Source: Bdellovibrionales bacterium
GTDB lineage: Bacteria; Bdellovibrionota; Bdellovibrionia; Bdellovibrionales; UBA1609
Assembly: GCA_965199825.1 (NCBI GenBank)
Contig: OZ241329.1
Span: forward strand, 1,856,001-1,920,000
Direction: 5' to 3'
DNA length: 64,000 nt
Under the pieces are notes generated by a model. It saw nothing but the letters and a program-made list of their open reading frames with translations. It did not search any database and had not been told where the DNA came from. The translations under genes and the position numbers were made by a program. Every line of letters begins with the position of its first letter. Position 1 is the first letter of the stretch. Positions 57,885 to 64,000 of this stretch are shown in pieces.

Positions 57885-58960
57885 TTGAGCTCCTCTCTTA
57901 AACACAGAGCTAAATTCTTGATGTCTTGTGGCTGATGAAAACTTTTAAAAGTAAGACGCAGTCGCTCTTCGCCCTTTGGAACTGTAGGTGAGCGGATCGC
58001 CGCAATCGCAAAACCTTTTTGTTTCATTGCAGTTTGAATCCGCAGCACACTTTCATTTGAGCCGCATATTAAATTTCCGATATGATTTCCTTTAAGATTC
58101 AAATCGAGTTTTGCAAATTCGGTTTTTGCCAATTCGACATTTTGTTTCAACCGCTCGCGAAGCTCAGGGTGGTGTGACAAATAAATTAATGTGAAGTGAA
58201 TTTGAAACAAAACAAATGGTGGGAGTGCGGTGGAATAAATAAATCCTCGGCCCCGGTTGACGATCAGATTTTTAATTTCGGTCGAGCAGGTCACAAAGGC
58301 CCCATACCCTCCAAGAGCTTTTCCGGCGGTGTGGATCACCACCGTTTTTGAATCCGAATCCACAAGCCCATTGCCACTTGGTCCACAAACACCTGTGGCA
58401 TGGGCCTCGTCGATCACGAGCAAGGTCTCAAATTCTTCAGACAGGTTTTTTAAAATTTTAAGATCGGGACCATCCCCATCCATACTAAAAATCGATTCTG
58501 TCACGATTACTTTTTTATTAAAGTTGGAGTGAGTTAATTTTTTTTTCAGATCTTGTAAATCATTGTGCTTAAAAATCGAAATTTTGGATTTTGAAAGTCT
58601 CATCCCATCAATTAGGCTTGCATGATTGTACTCATCCGAAAAAAACTCGGTCTCAAAGTCACCTAATGCCTGCATCACTGATAGATTACAAAGATAGCCT
58701 GATCCTAAAATCAACGCAGCTTGAGAATTAAAGTGCTGTGCCAAAAATTGTTCGGTCTGAACTGTCACCGGGCTATACCCTGAGATCAGCGAAGATCCGG
58801 TGGATCCTAAATCATAATGATTTATATTTTTTAAAAGGTCTTTTTTTAAATCCGCATTTTTTGTCAGACCCAGATAATCGTTCGAACAAAAATCGATTCC
58901 GCTCGAAATCTGAAGTGTGCGGTAAAGACCATCTGATTGAAGTCGATCAAGGACTTCCAT
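57881..58960 (-). CDS. bioF: 8-amino-7-oxononanoate synthase
   Basis: FCSNDYLGL, NHASLIDG, ESIFSMDGD, DEAHA, GKALG, IRSPTVP. Confidence 0.95.
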   Translation of the reverse strand: MEVLDRLQSDGLYRTLQISSGIDFCSNDYLGLTKNADLKKDLLKNINHYDLGSTGSSLISGYSPVTVQTEQFLAQHFNSQAALILGSGYLCNLSVMQALGDFETEFFSDEYNHASLIDGMRLSKSKISIFKHNDLQDLKKKLTHSNFNKKVIVTESIFSMDGDGPDLKILKNLSEEFETLLVIDEAHATGVCGPSGNGLVDSDSKTVVIHTAGKALGGYGAFVTCSTEIKNLIVNRGRGFIYSTALPPFVLFQIHFTLIYLSHHPELRERLKQNVELAKTEFAKLDLNLKGNHIGNLICGSNESVLRIQTAMKQKGFAIAAIRSPTVPKGEERLRLTFKSFHQPQDIKNLALCLREELN

Positions 58961-59894
58961 ATGCCTGCGGCAAACTGCATTCGAGGCCAAGTTTTTTAAG
59001 TAAAGTTTGATCGGTCAATGTCTCGGGATTGGGTGATGTGAGCAATTTTTCTCCTAAGAAAATTGAATTTGCCCCACATAAAAAACACAGCAATTGGGCG
59101 TCATCACTCAAGCCTTTACGTCCCGCGCTCAGACGAATCATCGACTGGGGCGCAAGGATTCTCAAGGTCGCAATCACCCTAAGCAGATCAAAGGTTTCAA
59201 CCGGTTTGGCATTTTCTAATGGAGTGCCCGCGATCGGAATCAAAAGATTAATGGTGATGCTCTCAGGCTGTGGCGTCATATTGACCAAAGTAGTAATAAA
59301 AGAAATTCTGTCATTTTCGGTTTCGCCCATACCGAGAATTCCTCCGGTGCACACTTTGATTTCGGCTGAGCGCACATGACTTAAAGTACTGAGGCGATCG
59401 TTGTAGTCACGGGTTTGGATGATCTGATCGTAGTAGGCTTCAGAAGTATCAATATTGTGATTATAAAAATCTAAGCCCGCGTTTTTGAGCCGCTCAGCTT
59501 GTGAGGGTTTAAGCATTCCGAGGGTACAGCAGACTTCTAATCCCTCATGTTTGACCGCTGTGACCAGCTCTAAAACTTTATCAAAATCGGGACCGTCTTT
59601 AATTTCTCGCCAAGCTGCTCCCATACAAAAACGGCTTGCACCTTGGGCTTTTGCAAAACGCGCGGCATCGACAACTGCGGGCACGTCCATCACCTTTGTT
59701 TTTTCAACACCGGTTTTATAATGCGCCGATTGGGGACAGTACGCACAATTCTCAGGGCATCCTCCCGTTTTGATCGACAGCAGCGAAGAGGCTTGTAGCT
59801 CACTATTTTTAAAATATTTTTGATGAACACCGACAGCCGTCGAGATCAATTTAAAAAGGGGCATACTAAAAGTTGGAGAAATTTCAATCGACAT
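58947..59894 (-). CDS. bioB: Biotin synthase
   Basis: CPENCAYC radical SAM motif, YNHNIDTS, CTGGILGMGE, IRLSAGR, GANSIFLGEKLLT. Confidence 0.97.
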   Translation of the reverse strand: MSIEISPTFSMPLFKLISTAVGVHQKYFKNSELQASSLLSIKTGGCPENCAYCPQSAHYKTGVEKTKVMDVPAVVDAARFAKAQGASRFCMGAAWREIKDGPDFDKVLELVTAVKHEGLEVCCTLGMLKPSQAERLKNAGLDFYNHNIDTSEAYYDQIIQTRDYNDRLSTLSHVRSAEIKVCTGGILGMGETENDRISFITTLVNMTPQPESITINLLIPIAGTPLENAKPVETFDLLRVIATLRILAPQSMIRLSAGRKGLSDDAQLLCFLCGANSIFLGEKLLTSPNPETLTDQTLLKKLGLECSLPQAYGSP

Positions 59895-59984
59895 GGCCAA
59901 ATTTCTTCTCAAAAGATCAAAAAAGCAAGCCGCCCAGAATTTAAGTTGAGAAATTATTTTTTAGAAAGAATCATCAACTTATCC

Positions 59985-60860
59985 ATGATTTTGTTTATTT
60001 TTTTTTGTTTTATATGCAGTGCTCAAACAGCCGAAAGTTTTAAGTATGTTCCTGTGGATTTTCGCCATTCTCCTCGCGCTTTAAAGGCCTATCAAAATTG
60101 TATTCGAATTTTAACTCCACGTGAGGATCGGCCTTTGAATTTTCCTCTCGATTTGGGTGTCCCTTTGCGTCAGCCGCATCGATGGGAGTCGATGGGTCCA
60201 AAATCGGTTGAATCCTGGAATTTGATGCTGGTGCATTGCAATGGCGAAATGAACTGTGAGTTTGATCATGGCAAATGGAGAATTATATCAGACCAATATC
60301 CCGGTGTACTTGAGCAGATACCCGAAACCGATGAGCTCAATAAATTTGGAGAAGCTTTAGGAATTCGTCGCTCGCCACTTGAAAATCGAGGATTGGCGTT
60401 ATTCAGAAATCACACGGTGGACCAACATCTTTCCGACAGCATTGACTGGTTGTCTTACCGAATCGATTTGGTTTATCAAATTCGAGTGAAAATAAAAAAT
60501 AACATGTTGCGATCGACTCTTGGATTTGAGCCCATGCCTCTTAAAGAATTTTCTGCTCAAAATGTTTTAGATATTATTCAAGCCTTGATTGACTATGAAA
60601 AGGTTGAAAGCTCTATCGATATTGATTGGATCGAGGTGGTGTCGGCCACAAATTTATTTGAACTTGATTTTCCAATGCGCCTTGGTGAAGAAGTGGTTCA
60701 AAAATACACCTATTTTAAAATCAATTCGCTCACTCTGCATTTGGCCGCTCGCTTGTCCCAATTTTTTGAACACGTTCCGGTGATCGCGCGCAGGGTGTAT
60801 TCGGCCAATTACAACACCGCTCAAATTTTTAAAGACGGTCAATCCTTATTGGATCGATGA
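59985..60860 (+). CDS. Secreted hypothetical protein
   Basis: Likely start MILFIFFCFICSAQTA at ATG 59985; no recognised family. Confidence 0.6.
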   Translation: MILFIFFCFICSAQTAESFKYVPVDFRHSPRALKAYQNCIRILTPREDRPLNFPLDLGVPLRQPHRWESMGPKSVESWNLMLVHCNGEMNCEFDHGKWRIISDQYPGVLEQIPETDELNKFGEALGIRRSPLENRGLALFRNHTVDQHLSDSIDWLSYRIDLVYQIRVKIKNNMLRSTLGFEPMPLKEFSAQNVLDIIQALIDYEKVESSIDIDWIEVVSATNLFELDFPMRLGEEVVQKYTYFKINSLTLHLAARLSQFFEHVPVIARRVYSANYNTAQIFKDGQSLLDR

Positions 60861-61945
60861 AATTCAAGATAGCGCTGGGCTTTTTCTGAATCCATAAACT
60901 TACACAATTTTTCGAACGGGATTTTTGAAATATCAACCATCAAAAGTCCATCTACGGTTTGAAAAAGAGCGTCGTGGTTAAACCCAAAAAACTTTGCACC
61001 CAAATCATGGTACTCACTATAGAGTGGTGGAAACCGAACCTTTTTTTGTGAGTTCATTTGAGTGACTCCATACCAATCTTTTAAATCTTTTATTGATTTC
61101 AGATTTTCCAAAACTATTTGAATATCATCGGGATTGAGCAAAATTTGATATTGGGGTGGATTGTGCGCCCGGACCTGCAGATGGAGAGGATGAGCATGAT
61201 GAGTCATAAAAAAGCTTTGAATAAGAAATTTGGCATGTTCGCTGATGTGATCAGGCATACTCGCACTGCCAATTAAAAATCGATATCGAGGGTGACGAGC
61301 CACAAAATCGGCAATTCCTGCCAAAAGAAATTTGAGTGTCCGACCATTCTGAAATTCTGGAGTGACAATGCTGCGGGACACTTCGACCATCTGATTTTTA
61401 AAATCCTCGGTAAACACGAATGCGGTATCAAATTGAGTGGGAGTGTAAAGTGACGTCGCGGTTCCAGGAGTTAAACGATACGCCCCCGAGATTTTTTTGC
61501 GGCTCGGTTTTTTCTGCCACGCAATCACATGAAAAGATTCACTATCTAGCACATCGTCGATGTCGCGGCTCTTTCCTGTTCCTGCCCCAATAGTTCGAAA
61601 GGTGAGTTCACGAAGTCGGCCGAGTTCTAAAAGAGTTAGCGGAATTTTTGAGCCCTTAATGACAAAAACCATCAGACCTTCATCGGGCTTGTCGGGATGT
61701 GTATCAATGTAGGGGTCGTGTTGTGCCCTGACCAGCTCATTAAAAAGATCGGGTCCAGGAATTTCGTCGGCAATCGGCTCCTCGATGCGTCGTTGGACCT
61801 CGGTCGTGATCGCAAGAGGCGGTGCACTTATTTTTTTAAACAAATCTTGGCTGATATCGACTCGACCATTTAAAAAATTAAGGCAGGGATGAAGGCTCTC
61901 AGCCCAGGCCAAACAAAAAAAGAGCAAAAGTTTTGTCATGCGCAT
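60839..61945 (-). CDS. GNAT-fold acyltransferase (OlsB / 'putative hemolysin'-like) with signal-peptide-like N-terminus
   Basis: ELGRLRELTFR..G.GTGKSRDID, GAYRL, VEVSRS, RFLIGSAS, FPPLY..Y..LGAKF, DGLLMVD. Confidence 0.8.
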   Translation of the reverse strand: MRMTKLLLFFCLAWAESLHPCLNFLNGRVDISQDLFKKISAPPLAITTEVQRRIEEPIADEIPGPDLFNELVRAQHDPYIDTHPDKPDEGLMVFVIKGSKIPLTLLELGRLRELTFRTIGAGTGKSRDIDDVLDSESFHVIAWQKKPSRKKISGAYRLTPGTATSLYTPTQFDTAFVFTEDFKNQMVEVSRSIVTPEFQNGRTLKFLLAGIADFVARHPRYRFLIGSASMPDHISEHAKFLIQSFFMTHHAHPLHLQVRAHNPPQYQILLNPDDIQIVLENLKSIKDLKDWYGVTQMNSQKKVRFPPLYSEYHDLGAKFFGFNHDALFQTVDGLLMVDISKIPFEKLCKFMDSEKAQRYLEFHRSNKD

Positions 61946-62063
61946 CTCATATTCAAGTTCATCTTAAATTCCTAGTCCGCGCCGGGTCAGACCGAAGTCC
62001 ACATTTCTCAAAAAGACTCACCTGAAGTCTTTGATAAACCGAAGAGATGACTGGAGAAACTCA

Positions 62064-64000
62064 TTGGAATTTTTGAACGCGCTTTCAAAAAACGAAAAGC
62101 GAATTTTAGCAGCGGTAGGGCTTGTCGGCCTTATCGTGCTATTTTTTTTAGCTAACGATGATCTCTTTAGCCATTTTCGTCAGACCTCCACCGAGCCCGA
62201 AGTCGGCAGAATCGTTTTTGTTAAAAACGACACTCGTCACAAAGATGTCAATTCTGTCGCTTGGGGAAATGCAAAAACAGAAGAAATCATTCGCCGCGGA
62301 GATTCGGTATTTAGCGGACAAAAGTCATCAGCCCAAGTGGAACTTAAAAAGGGCGGAGTGATCGAGATTGGCGAAAACAGCTTGATTGTTTTTCGTGAAA
62401 TGGGTGGCGATATCGTTGGAAACATCGATATGGGAAGTTTTCGAATTAAATCCGAAGGTACTTTAAAAGTTGCAGTGGGTGGACGAGTGACAACCATCGA
62501 AGGTCATCAGTCAGATATCCAGATCATTGTAGCCAAAAACAAAAAACCACAAGTGCGCCTGATCTCAGGACAAGCAAAAATAAAACAAGAAAACAACCAA
62601 ACTCTGCAGTTGGTCGAACGGGATGTGGCAAGTCTTGATGAACCCGTTGTTGAGACAAAACCAGCCGATCTTCCTGTGGCTTTGCCTTCTGAAATTCCGG
62701 CAGAAGTTGAAGCCCCGAAACCGGCTGAAAAAGTAGTCGCAGCCCCCCAAATTCCCCAATTAGCCGATGTGATTTACACGTGGCATCTTGACGATCTTTA
62801 TTTGCGCCAAGGAAATTTAATCAGCGAAGCCACACCATCAAAAACGGTAACACTGGCGCTGACTACGTCTTATCTTGAAAAAGATCAACAGTGTCAGGTT
62901 GAACTGAGCGATGAGGTCGAATTCAAACAAGCCGAGCAGGCGTCGGGCAGCGAAGGTGTGATCCACTTTGCAAAACTCTTTTTAGGAGTGAATTACTGGC
63001 GCGCCTCGTATGATAAGACCCTGTGGTCCACCGCCCAGACATTTAATGTGACCTCTCAATTTTTAGCTCCGCAACCCGAAATTCATGCGGCCCTCGATAC
63101 GGTTCCCTTTATTGGAGAAGTGGCAAAACTTCCGATGGAGATCACCGCAAAATTTGAGACCACGGGATTTGTGGTTCAAAGCTCAAAAAATATTGATTTC
63201 AAAGATTCCATAAGTTTTTGGTCACAAAATTCAAAATTTAATTTGAGCTTTTTTGAGCCCGGAGATTTTTATTACCGCGTACGAGCCGTCAATGTTCAGC
63301 AAGAGCTTACCGATTGGTCTTCGCCAGTTTTGTTCAAGGTTTATGTTCCTGAGAAAATTAAAGCGCCGATGATGTCAGTTGCACAAATTGAGGTGACCGA
63401 AGGCGAGCATGTCTCTCTCAATTGGTCACAAGTCAAACAAGCTTCACAGTATCAACTCGAAGTTTTTGATCACGATCACAAGGTCATCGAAAATTATCAG
63501 GGCCAAGACACCCAAATGATTTATCAAGCAGGTGAGCCAGGACTCTACACCACAAAACTCACCATGATTGATTCTTACGGTCGAAAGTCAGTGACACCAA
63601 ATCCCACCCGAATATTGGTGCAACCAAAACCTGTAATTGAAGTGATCAAACCTTTGGCGGTTGCAAAACCGGTGGAGGTCAAGCCGGCTGCGGTTGTCGC
63701 AGCGACTGAGCCCGTAAAGGAAGTTGAGCATTATAATGATTTAAATCGCTCACAGGTTCAGGTTGAAGGTTCTCTTACAACCATTCAATCGAGCGAGCAA
63801 GTGAACGAAGGTATAGATCCCATCACCACAGGTCGAATCGGTGTGATCGTTCGACATTGGTGGAATAAAAATGGAATACAGCTGAGTTATCATTCAGATC
63901 TTGCAGCTGTTCAGGGCACGGGTTCAATGGCCAAAGCCTTCGAAGCTCGATACCTCCGCTCGTTAAAGATATTCGATAATTTTGCGCTGCACTTTTTTGT
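62064..64000 (+). CDS. Membrane-anchored FecR-domain protein with Ig/FN3-like repeats (runs off right edge)
   Basis: Translated manually from TTG 62064 (GGAG RBS): TM helix, then GDSVFSGQKSSAQVEL..IEIGENSLI (FecR-like); later NYWR and YYRVRAVN strands. Confidence 0.72.
   Translation, partial: MEFLNALSKNEKRILAAVGLVGLIVLFFLANDDLFSHFRQTSTEPEVGRIVFVKNDTRHKDVNSVAWGNAKTEEIIRRGDSVFSGQKSSAQVELKKGGVIEIGENSLIVFREMGGDIVGNIDMGSFRIKSEGTLKVAVGGRVTTIEGHQSDIQIIVAKNKKPQVRLISGQAKIKQENNQTLQLVERDVASLDEPVVETKPADLPVALPSEIPAEVEAPKPAEKVVAAPQIPQLADVIYTWHLDDLYLRQGNLISEATPSKTVTLALTTSYLEKDQQCQVELSDEVEFKQAEQASGSEGVIHFAKLFLGVNYWRASYDKTLWSTAQTFNVTSQFLAPQPEIHAALDTVPFIGEVAKLPMEITAKFETTGFVVQSSKNIDFKDSISFWSQNSKFNLSFFEPGDFYYRVRAVNVQQELTDWSSPVLFKVYVPEKIKAPMMSVAQIEVTEGEHVSLNWSQVKQASQYQLEVFDHDHKVIENYQGQDTQMIYQAGEPGLYTTKLTMIDSYGRKSVTPNPTRILVQPKPVIEVIKPLAVAKPVEVKPAAVVAATEPVKEVEHYNDLNRSQVQVEGSLTTIQSSEQVNEGIDPITTGRIGVIVRHWWNKNGIQLSYHSDLAAVQGTGSMAKAFEARYLRSLKIFDNFALHFF

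Noticed and set aside
59895..59984. BirA or Fur operator upstream of bioB
   Set aside because: Only a spaced TTCTCAA/TTGAGAA repeat and an AT-rich tract; poor fit to either consensus.
62047..62076. ATG 62047 as start of the FecR-domain gene
   Set aside because: That frame stops after 9 codons; the long frame starts at TTG 62064 with an RBS, so no frameshift is needed.

Overview
Chromosomal window from a bacterium that is most likely a member of Bdellovibrionota. This is an inference from a RomR-like regulator, an FQNC-type lipoprotein, a Flp/Tad-type pilin, a FecR-domain protein and many signal-peptide orphans. Housekeeping blocks include pepN-like to birA-romR, lptG-def-fmt-rpe, glpK, radA, slt-oppABC, amidase-rph-rdgB-prs-rplY-pth-ychF, feoAB-ampG and tRNA-Gln. 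They are interspersed with secreted hypothetical proteins and two-component genes. The strongest leads are: (1) a fused E1 alpha/beta 2-oxoacid dehydrogenase coupled to an atypical FabD-like acyltransferase, divergent from glutaryl-CoA dehydrogenase and with no E2/E3 nearby; (2) a bioBFD-X-bioA-tonB operon with no bioC/H/W/I, where X is a ferritin-like di-iron (BioE-like) protein; (3) an HNH nuclease preceded by two 30-bp repeats at 60-bp period whose core recurs inverted twice inside the gene; (4) a candidate sigma54-driven C-rich small RNA; (5) a hairpin-rich segment after tRNA-Gln that is partly antisense to the tRNA. All calls come from reading motifs by eye; no searches were run.
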